A stretch of 64,000 bases of DNA from contig OX597823.1 of assembly GCA_951406725.2 (NCBI GenBank), forward strand, positions 36,270,001 to 36,334,000, written 5' to 3'. How positions within the stretch are numbered: the first letter of the stretch is position 1; the number at the start of each line of letters is the position of its first letter. The notes under the pieces are model-generated. The model made no database searches. It was given only the letters and a program-made list of their open reading frames with translations, and was not told where the DNA came from. The position numbers and the translations under genes were made by a program. Source of the stretch: Octopus vulgaris. Taxonomy: Eukaryota. Shown here in pieces: positions 37,201-52,200 of the stretch.

Positions 37201-40200
37201 GATCAGGAGTGCAACTATGAACACTGACATCATAGACCACATCTAGGTGAGCCATTCAGCTAATGGGAATCCTTTTACTACTGAACACACTAACTTCTAG
37301 CCCACAGACATGCCTGTCTTTTTTATCACTATTATAATGGTCTCTACTACTCAGGTACTCCTGACCCATTCATCTCTCCACATCTCATCCAACCCCATAT
37401 TTCAACCCTAACCCCTATTTCCCCACAACATCATTGCCCTAAAATGTTCCCTGCATGTGCTGACCAGCAACAAATTAATGTTATTAACGTACTATTTTAA
37501 TCTCACCAATGTTAGATGGCCTGCAAGTCCTCCAGACTCAGCAAGTAAAAAGAAATGCTAAAACTATGTTGATGTTTTTTATGCAGGTATGAAACCAGCT
37601 CCAATAGTGTTTCAGGAGAGGAGAAATTATGATTTTATGTTTCCTAAAGGCATTAATAAAATGAAAAAAGTGAAACTGAAGTTACAATTTCAGCTTGTGG
37701 AGCAAACAATAACAAAAGTACTTACACTGTTTCAGTTATTATCTCCCCAATTCTAGCATCATCAAGTCCAGGCTGATACAAATAAATAAAAAAAAATTAA
37801 AAATCAAAATTGCAAAGGTGATATCATCCAAGACAATATGTAAAATTATGTAAAGAAGGAATGTATCAAATTCTTCCATGGCTATTCCTTAGACCTAAGG
37901 ATGAGAGAAGGCTACATCATGTCTGCTATTAAACAGTTAAATGATCTGTTCATTTCCTCATTGCTTTGCAAACTTTCTTATTGCCACTTGCATTTTTAAA
38001 CCTGGGCTCGTTAATGTTGGCCTACATTCTTCAAACTGTCACTCTGGTTGATAGCTCTCTCTTAGATAATATGTTTTACTCATTAATAAAGTGCTATACA
38101 ATTAAATTAAAACAACAGTATGCTAATTGATCAGCATTATATGATATCTTGAGGAGAATAAGCTATAATGATTGAAAGATGTTTTTTTTGGGTCATGTTA
38201 GAATATTTAATGTTTAGAAATAGATACCACAAATTATATAGTCCAGTTCCATATGATTAGCAGACTTCTTTCCTATACTACATCACCATCATTATTTTAA
38301 TGCTCACTTTTCCATGCTCATATGGGTTGAACAGAACTGAGCCTTCCTATTATCAACCCCCACCTGTTCTCAAGCAAGGTAATATTTCTCCATGGTGAGA
38401 TGTTTTTTTGCAAGATATTAAATGAATGGCCCTGCTTGTATGACAGTTATGCTTGTTTACAACCATCACAATGTCAAAACAAAGTTACACACAAATGATG
38501 AGTTTCTTTCAGTTTTTTTGTACCAAATCCACTCACAAGGTTTTGGCTGGCCTGGGGCTATGGAGAAGACACTTGCCCAAAGTGCCAAGCAGTGGTGTTC
38601 AACTCAAGACCACATATTTAGAAAGTAAGCTTCTTGACCATCAGTAATGCTTGTGCTTATAGTTAAATATTAAGTTTATTCCAAAATAAGCATCAAGTTT
38701 GAAATAAATTCTTAATTATCTTTGCACCAATCCAATAGAAATTTAAAGACATCACTTTTCAGAACTGTTGAAACAGCCCACCACATCTAGACGTTACAGT
38801 ATTTTTGCATTTTACCATCTCTTACCATAAAATGTGTTATCACAAAATGTGTTTTAACTGTACTGAAAGTTTACCAGAAACAATGAGACAGAGGACAAAA
38901 ACTTTTTTACAAACCCGATAGTGGCTCCATAAACTGGGATTGCTAGGTGTGGCAGGTAAATAGGGGAGAAGATCAGGTGGGTCTTGCGTCCAAAGATGGT
39001 CCCAAACAATACCATCAAAGAAAGGATGTTTTTTAAGTGGTTTAAAGCCTCCAGATTCAGGACTACCAAGTCGTTTTTGGGGATTGAATACCTGAAAATA
39101 GACATTTATAAAGTTTACCTTCTTTTATTTAAGGAAAGTGCAATGAAATTAGTTAATCTAAATTTTGGTACAACTATCAAGACTTTAGTCTTGGTTTCTA
39201 AAAAGAGGATATTTTATTTCCATTGTTACTTCATCTGATACAGGAAGCAATGTCAGAGTTGTTTCTTCAAACGTTTAAAGCCTTGCTGTGTTTAGGTTTG
39301 TTTTTGTGATTGAAAGTTTAAGTAGTGTAGGTCACTTATTTTAAAATGTGCAAGTTTAGCAGCTGTAAGTGTCTCTTATCAGTCAACAACACTTTATCAC
39401 CTCAAGCCACTCTTCTAAATCAACAGTCTAGTCCTTACATAACATTATACAACATATTGTAGGTGTTAGAATTTAATGCTCAAAGTACTATAACATCTTC
39501 AACAAAATAGGCTTGTATAAGCAGTACTTCACCTTTTTTTTATATGTAATTCAGATAGTTTTGAATATTAATGGTACAAGTAAAAATCATACTAATAGAG
39601 AAAAAAGGGATACCAGCAGTATATAAGAATTTGGATGGGATTGAATTTTAAAAGTGTGTTTAACATGTGAAGTTGTCCTTCGCTTATTTCTTTTTAAGGT
39701 TAAAGTTATTTGTAACTCGTATGTTGTTTCCTAACCAATACTCCAGAAATTACGTAAATCTGACTAGCAAGGTCTTATTCAATATTATTTATATTAAATC
39801 CAAATTCAATCGTTTAAACAGTATTATAAATAAAACAGGAGTGTTCTCCCTCAGTTTACTTGTTTTTTTAAGAAAGCCTGTGATAAAGGTATTTTTCTAA
39901 TTCTTCTAAGAGTTGAGAAGAAGGACGAGTATTGAATTTTTAAAACTAATTCTTCAAACTATTCGAGAAAGAATTGAGGTAAATGACTTAAGGTCATGCT
40001 GGAGAAAAATAGATAATGCAATGTCTATTTCATGAGCTTGACAACAATTCAACACTACAAGACATACAGAATGTTGGGTGACAAAGCTTCCTGTGGCAGC
40101 TTAAAAGTCACTGAAAAATATCAGAAATCCTGGGTTTTTATAAGTTACTTTAGATATTTTTAGAAGTGTCCAGAAACTAAATTTCAGAATTTTTGGTTGA

Positions 40201-43200
40201 AAACTAGGACAGCTTTGGCTAATAATTTATTATTAAGCCAATGAAAAGAATCTTTTAAGATTGACTTCGTCTAAACTTCTATTTTAGCGCCAAAAGATTT
40301 CCATGGAACAACTCCAGTTGATTTCAAAACATATCTGCTACAAAGCTTTTTACTACATGTGCATTAAAAGAAAGAAAATAAAATAAAAATGCAGTTAAAG
40401 TATGAAGTTGGGAAAGGGAGAAAATATATTTATTCAAAAGTGATATATAAGGAAATGTTTTAGAGATAACAGTTTTAGTGTTATCATATTCCATTGTTAA
40501 AATTTTTTTCTTTTATCTTGTTTTGGGTTAAATTCTGTGAATATTCTTACAGAACCTTCAAACAATTTGAAACATGGCCAGATTTAGAAAGAAGATATGG
40601 CTTTAAAATTTTTCTAAACACAATTGGCATACATTTTAATGCTAAAAATGGTGATATTCCTCTGTTCACAATTTTCCTATAAATAATGTTATTAAAATGA
40701 AATAAAAATTTTCTTCAAAAATTTGTGCTTGGAAAGAGCAAACAATGAACTAGTTTTGAGGTCAGCTAAGCATTTTGGAAAAAAACTGAAAATACTACAA
40801 TTTATTTAGTGTAGAATATGTGTTATATATCTTATATGAGTGGATCTAAATATATAAAAATTGGCTATAAAACAATACAGAGTAAATAAATTCAAAAGCT
40901 ACAGATGTTACTCACCAATAATTTCTGGACCAAATCTTTGGCAACAGGATTGAAACCATCAGGGAACTCATAGTCAAGTTTTAAAATCTTTTGAAATATC
41001 TGATATTCATGGCTAAAAGTAGAAAATCATTTGCATGTATTGGTACACTTTAATCAATATTATACTTGCAGTTTTAAAGTAATGTATTTTTTATATGGCA
41101 GTAAATAGGCTCAAAGAACATTTTCATTCATTTTATTTATTTCTTCCTTACCAAACCATATTCTGACAATAATTAGAATCATGGTCAACTTCCATGTTGG
41201 TTAAGCAACCAAACATCCAATGTTTGTTGTCATTAATGCAAAGCTACAATTATTAAAGCCACTCTTACTCAGTTCAACTAGCTGTGCATGTGGACAGATG
41301 ATTACATGTTGCTCACAAGAGTAAACAGTGGGGCCACTGTGTAAATTAATGATTACTTCATTAGTGTTGTGCTGGCCAAGACTTCCAACTGAGGTTTAGG
41401 TGATAGGAAAACAGTTTAAACCAATTCTATCAAAATATTGAACATGAACAAGTGGTGAGTGAAAATTATGAAATTTAGTCCATTTATAACAACACAAGCC
41501 TATCAAGGCAACAAACCTAGATCCTGTAGGATTTAGCACTTTTGGGATAGCAGCTAAAGCCAATTTTACTATTGGCCAGTAAAAATATAATTTTATTGAA
41601 TGAATAAAAGACATTTAAGAAGTAATTTTTGTTCTTTTAAATTTAGAAATAGTTACTCACTTTCCCCAGAAAGGTGGTAAACCAGAATGTAGTTGGTAGA
41701 TTATACATCCCAAGGCCCACAAGTCAGAGCTGAAAGGAAATTGAAAATTTATAACAGCAACTGAAACATTTCAACTAAATATGTTGTAAATACATTTGAC
41801 AGATCTAACAATATATTTTATGTTAACATTTCTAAAATGACAAGTGAAAGGATTACTTTGGTCCAAAGGTAAGAATACCTATCATGTCTAAAGGAGATGT
41901 GGGTTCATGTTCGATGGGCAGTCTTCTACATTTTCTATCCAAAAGAGATTTTCAGCCCAATATTTACATGCTATTATTTGAAGCTTTATGTAATGTGCTT
42001 CAAGAACCAATGTTCTCCAAAAGAATATATACATATATCCATATAAATGTGTGGAATAAGATATAGACTCAGAATCATGTAGTTATCACAGTAAGCTCCT
42101 CATACAGTCCTGGCTACCAGTCCATATAATAATCAATTACAAAGTAGTGTAATGTAAAATGTTCATGTCACAGAAAATCAAGAAAATCCAAGTAATAAAA
42201 TTATTCTGTGAAGAATATATAAAAACAAATATTAAAGGTGAATATTGATTTATTTAACCATATGACTTCCATGTAATTTTGATTTCAGAATACAAGAAAT
42301 TATGTACATGGTTGCATAAATGTGTGTGCTTAGCATTATTTCACAAACATTGTGGTTACATCAACAGTTCAACTCTAAATATAGACACAAAATTCACTTT
42401 TTATATACAAACTGCATGAAAAGCTGGAACCGCACAAAATTAGATTTGGTCAGTAAAAGGTAAACATCAGAGTAAAGCAATGACATGGCTCTATAGTTAT
42501 AGGAAAATTTTCTTCACATGTGAACTAGATTTTGTACCCAACAGAAGTCAACCAGTTATTGTAAACAAAATAATGCACTAAAATATAACAATAGTCAACA
42601 GTTGTGACAGGGTTTCAAAAGGGAACACTGTACAACATTCAACAAACATTTTCTGAAGATCCTAATTCCTAGTACAATAGACAATATTAAAGGCAACCCA
42701 ATCTCCATTATTACTGAAGTAATAGGTAGATGAAATTGAGGTACTTGGGTATTTCTCTAGGCTTCGTCAGAGATTATAAAGTACATAATGTTAAGTTATA
42801 AATAAATATAAATGTAAAATATTAAATTAATGGTAAAATATCTCTTTACCTTCACCCATTTAGTAAACTAGGTAATGTAATTGCAATGCAATAAAAAATA
42901 CTTGTGTATTAATAATTGGGTATTCTACCAGCAGTATATTGGATAGAGATTATCCCGTAGTGGGTTGGATTTACAACCTATAACTTTCTTGGAGTTATAT
43001 ATCAAGTCAGTAGCGGGGGCGGGCATGCTGAAAGTGTAACTGCTAGAGTAAGAATAGCTTGGGCAAAGTTCAGAGAGCTCTTACCTCTGCTGGTGACAAA
43101 AGGCCTCTCGCTCAGAGTAAAAGGCAGACTGTATGACGCGCGTGTAGGAAAAAACATGCTACATGGCAGTGAAACATGGGCCGTGACTGCTGAGGATATG

Positions 43201-46200
43201 CGTAAGCTCGCAAGAAATGAAGCCAGTATGCTCCGATGGATGTTTAATGTCAGTGTTTATACTCGACAGAGTGAACGTACCTTGAGAGAGAAGCTGGACC
43301 TAAGAAGCATCAGTTGTGGTGTGCAAGAGAGACATTTGTGCTGGTATGGTCATGTGGCGAGAATGGATGAAGATAGTTGTGTGAAAAAATGCTATACCCT
43401 AGCGGTTGAGGGAACCTGTGGAAGAGGCAGACCCAGGAAAACCTGGGACGAGGTGGTGAAGCACGACCTTCGAACTTTAGGTCTCACTGAGGAAATGACT
43501 AGAGACCGAGACCTTTGAAAGTGTGCTGTGCGTGAGAAGACCCGGCAGGACAAGTGAGACCATAACCCGTGGCCTCTACATGGGATGTGCCAGTCCACTT
43601 ATGCATACCTTTCCTTCTTGGGACACAAAACTCTACTTGTGAAGACCTGTTGAGGCAAGTGAGAATCGAAATCGATCAACATCAATGGAAATTGCAGCTG
43701 TGATACCAGTACCGGTGGCACGTAAGAGAACCATCCGAACGTGGCCGTTGCCAGCGCCGCCCCGACTGGCCTCATGCCGGTGGCACGTAAAAAGCACCAT
43801 CTGTTTGTGGCTGTTGCCACCCTCACCTGGCCCCCGTACCGGTGGCACGTAAAAAGCACCATCCAATCGTGGCCGTTTGCCAGCCTCGTCTGGCACCTGT
43901 GCTGGTGGCATGTAAAAAGCACCCACTACACTTACGGAGTGGTTGGCGTTAGGAAGGGCATCCAGCCGTAGAAACATTGCCAGATCAGACTGGGCCTGGT
44001 GCTCCTTCTGGCTTCCCAGACCTCAGTTGAGCTGTCCAACCCATGCTAGCATGGAAAGCGGACGCTAAATGATGATGATGACGATGAAGGCGACGAGCTG
44101 GCAGAATCGTTAGCACGCCGGGTGAAATGCTTATCGGTATTTCGTCTGCCGCTACGTTCTGAGTTCAAATTCTGCCGAGGTCGACTTTGCCTTTCATCCT
44201 TTCGGGGTCGATTAAATAAGTACCAGTTACGTACTGGGGTCGATATAATCGACTTAATCTGTTTGTCATTGTTTGTCCTCTCTGTGTTTAGCCCCTTGTG
44301 GATAGTAAAGAAAGAGATGATGATGATGATATATATCCGTATGTGCACACACATACACCCATACGTATGCACACATCCACATGCACGTGAACAATCATAC
44401 GTACACACACCTGTTGCTGTCGTTCATGACAGTCTATAGCCATTTCCAAGCATGACTTTTACATGAACTTTACAACAGCCAAACCTGAGAGCATCAAAGT
44501 GATGACATTGTTTTACATCTTAAACACACAATGCCAACATGCAGAGGGTAACGCACATCATTTTGTGGTCATTTTTGTATGTTTGCATGTGTCAGGTGTG
44601 TGTGTATTTCAAACTTCTACACACAATAGGTTTCCATACAGCTTCTTGCCATCAGTTTCACTCATAAGCCATTGGTCCAACCAGTGCCATAATTGAAGAC
44701 ACTTGCTGTCCAAAGTGCCTGGAACTAAACCTTATAACATTTAAAAAATAACTCACCTGCTTGTACTCCTGCTGGTAAGTACTTCAGGTGACACATATTG
44801 AGCAGTGCCAACAAAAGACTTCCGGCGCTGAGAATGGCGGTTCTCCTTGCTGCCATCTAGAAAAATAAAATGATTTTTGTCTGTAATTTGTCTGCAATAT
44901 GGTTTCTTTGCTCACAAGAAGTTTGAGTATATTTACCATATTACTGAATCTGAAAGACTAAAAGCTTCCTTGATACGATGTAAATTCAGAAATACCTTCC
45001 ACCAAAAAAAACAAAAAAACAAATCAAATTTAAATTGTCTATTGCAGACAAACATTCAACATCATAACAGCAGTAAAATCCTTGCTCTATTTCAACATTA
45101 TATGACATTCAAAAGACAAGCACTGACTAGAATAATCTTGTTTGTTTCTGTTTATTCTAGACAAGTGACAACAATAATAATTCACATTTACCTGTGTTGG
45201 TATCTTCTTTATCTACATTCTCATCCTTCCCTAAAATTTTAGCTGATCCAAAGTCTGTGATCTGTATATGCATTTTTTCATTAAGTAATATATTTTCAGG
45301 TTTCAAATCCCTAAAATATTAAAACAAAATATCACAGATGGTAAAATAATTCCACTCTGATTTTTTTTTTTTTAAATTCTCTCTATGAAAAGCAAGTAGG
45401 TCTAACAAGAATGTACTAAAGCTATCTTGACCACAACAATTTTTTAACCTCAATAAAATAAAGAGTAGTTTAAGTACTTTGAAATAGACTGTTCAATGCT
45501 TCAGAAATTTGTTGTTTTATACCAAGGTTGAAAAAGGAGAAGATAACTTTTTAATCTATCAAAGTTTTCTAGTATGAATCTAGCTTGGGATATCCAAGTA
45601 CATATCCAGAAATAAGACACCTCATTATGATAGTGGACCAAAGGGATTTGAGAGGTAGAAAAATTATATTCTTAGTATTTCCATAGGTTTATAAGTTTAT
45701 GTAGATTTTTTTTTTCTTTTTCTTTTTAGATCTTTTGCAGACTTCATTCAGTTATGCAACCCCATCTTCAGAAAATTTGCATCAACAAAAGCAGAAGTAA
45801 AATTACAAGAAATTGTGAAAATATTATGTCAAACAATCATTTAATGTCCATGATATTTAACAAGTATCATCATCAATGTCATCATGTAGTGTCTGTTTTT
45901 CATACGGGCATGTATTGGAGAATTTGACAGAACCTGATGGGCCCAAGGATTGCAATATGCTCCAGTATCTGCTTTGAAATGGTTTCTATAACTGGATACC
46001 CTTCTTAATGCCACTCACTTTACAGTATATATTGAGTGCTTTTATTTTCATCTCACCAGTGCAAATGAAGTCACTACACAGCTTTACATTTGGAGATGAG
46101 TAAAGATGAGAGAAGGATCCAAAGCATCTTGCTTACAGGAGCTAAAACATATTTTAGAAAAGAGGATGAAAGTGATTTGATGTAGCTGTAAAGAGATGAA

Positions 46201-49200
46201 ACCAGGTGCCAGGTGGACCCTCAAAGGTATGAGGTGGGTAGAAGTGAGTAGGGACAGGAATGTGGGTAGGTGAAGGCTGCAAGAAAGTATAGGGGAGAGG
46301 AGGCAGACTAATTGATTTTGTAAGCTTTTCATTCAACAATTCCAAGAAGAGACTGACAAAGTTATGGATTTCTATATTCTTGCATGGAATACGATACACA
46401 CAAATATAGAATATTAACAAACCTGTGAATGATCCCTAAACCATTAAGATATTCCAGTGCAGTGACAATCTCTGCTGAGTAGAAGCAAGTGCTTTTCTCA
46501 TCAAATGAGGATAATTTCCGCAAGTAATCCAATAGTTCTCCTCTACGAGCATAGCTGAGAACAAAATCTAGAGTACAATTAAGGAAGATCATTGTAGATT
46601 ACTTAAATTCAAGAATTTAAACAGTTTAACTCCGATGTGTGTGTGTATACAATTATAGCATAGCATATATCATGATAATCATTCAATGTCCACTTTTCCA
46701 TGCAAGCATGGGTCAGCTAAGATTTAAGGCAGACTTTCTTAACTGAATGCTGTTCCTGTCTCCAATCCCTACTTGCTTCCATGCAAGGAAATATTTTCCC
46801 ATAGCTAGCTAAATAGGTTTACAATCACCATTGTAATGTTAGACAGGGGCACAGTTTCCACCAAATAAATCCACTCACTAGGTTTTGGTTGGTCTGGGGA
46901 TCTAGTAAAATACATGAAGGGTGTCACACAGTAGAGCATAACCCAAGACTGCATGGTTAGGAAACAAGCTTCTTAAGCACACAGTCACATCAGCATGTAT
47001 GTGTGTGATCATCATTTAATGTCCGTCTTCCATGCTGGAATGGGTTGGAGGCTTGACAGAAGCTGTTAGGGCCAGGGGCCACACCAGGTTCCATAGTCTG
47101 TTTTGGCTTGGTTTCTACAACTGGAACCCCTTCCTAAAGCCAGTCACTTTACATTGTATACTTGGTGGTTTTACATGGCACCTTGGTTTTAGGATCTCAA
47201 TTCTGTTGTTGTGGGTGGGTCTTCTTGAGTACAGCAATGCACTACATCAGCTCTCTGTCACCTCCTTTGTAAGGCTCAGTGTTTTAAGATTGGCCTTCAA
47301 TATTTTGCCCCATATTTTCCTGGGTCTCCCTCTTCCACACCTTCCTTCCACTTCAAGTGATTGGTACTTCTTTATGCATTAAGTGATAGGCACGCACACA
47401 CACACCATGATGTCTTTTCCATATTTACTGTCCTAGCAGTGTATATAATGCATTCAATAGATGCTTTTACAATAAAAAATATTCTTGATTAATGATCATA
47501 TACTGAATCAAGGATGTAATCTTTTATCACCATTAAGCAATTAAATCAAACAGCTGAATGGATTATTGAATTCCAAGTTCAAAGGTCTCTATTTCAAATC
47601 CCCTTTAAGCTTTCATTGTATATACAGGTTGTAACATCTATACACCTCAGTTTGTTAGTTACTATCAGATGACTTGGAAATGCCAAATGGAATAAACTGG
47701 TATCCTAGTCAGAGAATTTTAAGGGTTTACTTTGTAATCTTTTATTAAAATGATTTCTTAACTAGCTTCTTTATAGTATTTTGTTTGTTGGCTCTGATTT
47801 CTGGATTCAAACTTGATCAACAATAGTTTTCACTCATATCCATAGTACTCATTATCATCACCATCATCGTTGTCGTCGTTGTTTAACGTCTGCTTTCCAT
47901 GCTGGCATGGGTTTGACGGTTTGACTGAGGTCTGGCGAACCAGATGGCTGCACCAGTCTCCAATCTGATCTGGCAAAGTTTCTACAGCTGATGCCCTTCC
48001 TAACACCAATCACTCCGAGAGTGTAGTGGGTGCTTTTACATGCCACTGGTACGAGGGCCAGTCAGGCAGTACTGGCAATGACCACACTCGAAAGGTGTTT
48101 TTTATGTGCTTCCTGTATGGGAGCCAGTCTGGCGGCACTGGCAACAACCACGCTTGAATGTTGTTTTTCACGTGCCACCGGCACATGCCGGTAAAGCGAT
48201 GCTGACACCGATCATACTCAAATGGTGCATTTTACGTACCACTGGCATGAGAGCCAATCCATGGCCCTGGCAACGATCATGCTTGGATATGCTTTTAATG
48301 TTCCTCTGGCATGAGTGCCAATCAGGTGGTACTGTCATTGGCCACGACAGCGATTTTAATTTTGATTTCACTTGCCTCAATAGGTCTTCGCAAGCAAAGT
48401 TTATTGTCCAATGAATGAGGGGTACTCATAAGTAGGCTGGATACACCCACTGGCAATGGTCTCCTCAAGCACAGCATATCGCCAAAGGTCTTGGTCACTA
48501 GTCATTGCCTTGATAAGGTCCAATGTTCGAAGGTTGTGCTTCACCACCTCATCCCAGGTTCTCCTGAGTCTACCTCATCCACAGGTTCCCTCAACTGTCA
48601 GAGTGTGATACTTTTTCACACAGCTGTCCTCATTCATTCGCAACACATGACCATACCAGCGCAGTCATCTCTCTTGCACACCACATTTGATGCTTCTTAA
48701 ATCCAACTTTTCTCTCAGGGTGCTTACACTGTCATGTATGCACATTGACATTACACATCCAGCAGTGCACACTGGCTTCATTCCTTGCAAGCTTATGCAT
48801 GTCCTCAGCAGTCATGGCCCATGTCTCACTGCCATGAAGCATGGCTGTTCGTACACATGTGTCATACAGTCTACCTTTTACTCTGAGCAAGAGGCCCTTT
48901 GTCACCAGCAGAGGTAGGAGCTGTCTAAACTTTGCCCAGGCTATTCTTATTCTAGCAGCTACACCTTCAGAGCATCCACCTCCGCTACTGACTTGGTTCC
49001 CTAGGTAATAGAAGCTATCAACTACTTCTAGTTTTTCACCCTGGAATGTGACAGAAGCTGTTTTCTGCACATTTTCAGCGTTTATAGCACCTGAGCATTT
49101 GCCACATACAAAAACTATCTTCCCAGTTAGCTTTCCTTTGATATTGCTGCACCTCTTATGTGTCCATAGCTTACACTGGGTACATCTTATAGAGTTTCTA

Positions 49201-52200
49201 CCTATGCCTTTTCTACAGATCGAGCAGGGCCATCTACCTCAAGGGATTTGTGGTTTGTCTGCCTTCCTACTTATTAAGACTTTGGTTGACTCTAAGGCCC
49301 TTCGAGTCTAATCCTTGCTTCCACACCTGAAACTTTTCCTTGAGTTCTGATAGTGACTCAGCAATTAAAGCAAAGTCATCAGCATAGAGGACTCCCAGGG
49401 GCATCCTGTCTTGAATTCCTCCGTTATTGCCTGGAGGACTATGATAAATAGGAGGGGCTGAGGATTGATCCTTGGTGGACCCCTACCTGGAATTCTTCAC
49501 TGTACTTGTTGCCAACCCTCACCTTACTGACAGCATCCTTGTACATGGATTGTACAACTTCCACTAACCATTCATCTATCCCTAGTTTTCTCATTGATCA
49601 CCAGATAAGTGATTGGGGTACCCTGTCAAAGGCTTTCTCCATGTCAACGAAAGCCAGGTACAGAGGTTTATCTTTGGCAAGGTATTTCTCCTGCACCTGT
49701 CTTATCAGACTGACTCTCTCCCTAATTAGTTGGGCTATGACCCACTCCATGACCTTCATTACCTGATCCAACAACTTGATACCTCTGTAATTATTTGTAT
49801 CTAAAGCGTCACCTTTACCTTTGTAGCAGTTGACTATGGTGCTACTACACCAGTCATTGGGTATGACTCGCGTATGTATCACCTGGTTAACTATACGGGC
49901 AACTAGGCTATATCCAACACTGCCAGATATTTTGAGCATCTCTGCGATGATTTCTGATGGTCTGGGGGCTTTCCCTATCTTCATACCCTTAATTGCTTTA
50001 TCTACCAAGGTACTGTCAATTCCGATAGCTGGTTCCTCTGTTGGGTCAGCATTCGGTAGACTCTCTTTCTCCCATTCAGTCTCTTTATTTAGCTACGTTT
50101 CGTAGTGGCGTCTCCAAACCTCTCTCTTTGCAGCCTTGTTTGATGGAAGTGAACCATCATCTATGCAGACGCATTTCTCTCCTACATCACAATTCTCTCT
50201 TACACACTGTCTTGCAACACAAAGATGAAATAAGTAGCACTATTGTATTAGGTTTGGTTAAATAAAACCTGACAGGTCATACATAGAAAGCAATAAGGAT
50301 CACATATATGAACAATCAATGAAAATTTATGTTTATATCTTCCTCAATCTCTCCTACATTAGTAATAATACAAGTGTTGGTTCTGATTTTACTGGCCCAA
50401 AATTTTTATAAACCTCACACAAAATACAGAATGACAAAAACATCAATTGGAAAGAAAGAACTAAATATTTTTGAAAAGGTTAAAAAAAAAAAGTCAATGC
50501 AATGACTAATAAGTTTCTTATTGTTTAACTATATGTTAGTAACTGTATGTTGGATATTTTCTATGATTAAATGGCCATTTGACACTTAAAGATCCTTTAC
50601 ATTGTTATGTTGCATCTATTTATTTTGGAGAAACTTCATGGATTGCCTTTGGCATAACTGAACAAGCTTGCTTAGGAGACAAAAAGTACAAGACTATTGG
50701 AGGTTGAAGCAAGTAAAAAAATACTATAACATGTCAGTAAGATGAAGTCCAGGGTCAGAATCATTATAAAGGAAAGGTAAGAAAGATGGTGAGAAGTAAT
50801 GGATTGTGTAAAACAGAATGATGAGGTAATGGAAGATAGCAGAAATGACAAATGAGAATTATGATTAATGGTACAAAAAGAACTAGAAAAGTTAGCCAAT
50901 CAAAGGAGATAACAAGCACCACTGTTATTTCAATGGAGTAATGTACATCAGTAGAGGAAATGTTGAGAAATTAGAGATGTGAAAATGTAGAGAGAGAGGA
51001 TGGATCCATGAAACAATTACTATATCACAAGAAGTAGCAGCTAGGGTTATCACATTATTGAAGGATACATAATCTGTCAGTGTCTTGAAAGGTATAGTAC
51101 AACCGTATAAAAAATGGATGGTTGATTCTGGCCAACACTTCCTTTTCTCTCATAACATATTGCGTTTTTTTCTCTCGTAGGATGTGCTTTTTCTCCAACA
51201 CTTTGACTGAAAAGCAAAACAAAATATAATTACCAAATAAAAAAAAAACTTAGAAGAATAAAAATCAATATAAGATATTGAATGGACAAAATTTGAAACT
51301 TTATAAGTGTCAGAAATATTGGTTGAGTGAAAGTTCTTTCCATATCACAAATTTTCTTGATTGCTTTTCATTCTTTAGAAGAATCACACCTACATTATCA
51401 CCTTTATATTGTTTAAATTTATCAATTCAAGAATTCAGGGAAATTGGAACAATTTTGTTGTTAGCATTTGACCATCCTTATAGCTCTTGTTCTTTAGATG
51501 TTAGTTTTTAAAATAATGTCCTAAGGCTTGGAATGTAAGTTTCCATATTGTTGAAGCTATCTGGCTGCTACAATAGCACACTTGATATAACTTTCTAAAT
51601 TAGTAAAATTTTAGTGAAACCATTTGATGGGAACATGTCACTGCAGTGGTTATAAACCATATTTTATATGGAGGCATTGAAGAAGCAATATAAAATCTAC
51701 CAACAGAACTGCTAAATGTTCTCAGACAAAACCACACTTCCAACTTTCAAACAACTATTTGTGTTTTGGAGTTCAAGACATTATGGTCTTCTTCATGCCT
51801 ACATCACCTTTATTGTTAGACTGAGTGGCCAAGTAAATAAGGGTGAGTAAATAAGTGGGTGAAATCAATATTCTCTTACTGAAAAGAGCAAGAGTGAACA
51901 AGGGAAAGGGACATTCTATGAGGGTTATAAAAAAAGTGAGAGACATGTCAACAGACTGCGGCCGGACTGAAACCTCAGTTTCATTTAACCCTTTAGTATT
52001 TAAACCAGCCATATCCGGCCAAAATATTTAATCTGTTTTATGTTCAAACTGACCAGATCCAGGCTCTCACACCTACCCTACAATGTTATTCTACATTAGG
52101 TAATTACACCATCAAGATCTTGAAGATATGAGATAATGCATAATTAATTAAAATCAACGTGAATCAATAAGCATTGTGTTTGATAGAATAATCTGAACAC

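Noticed and set aside
41879-41887. In-frame 9-nt micro-exon-like signal (tttag|ACATGATAG|gtattc)
   Set aside because: Weak pyrimidine tract and weak donor; would insert residues in a conserved kinase segment.
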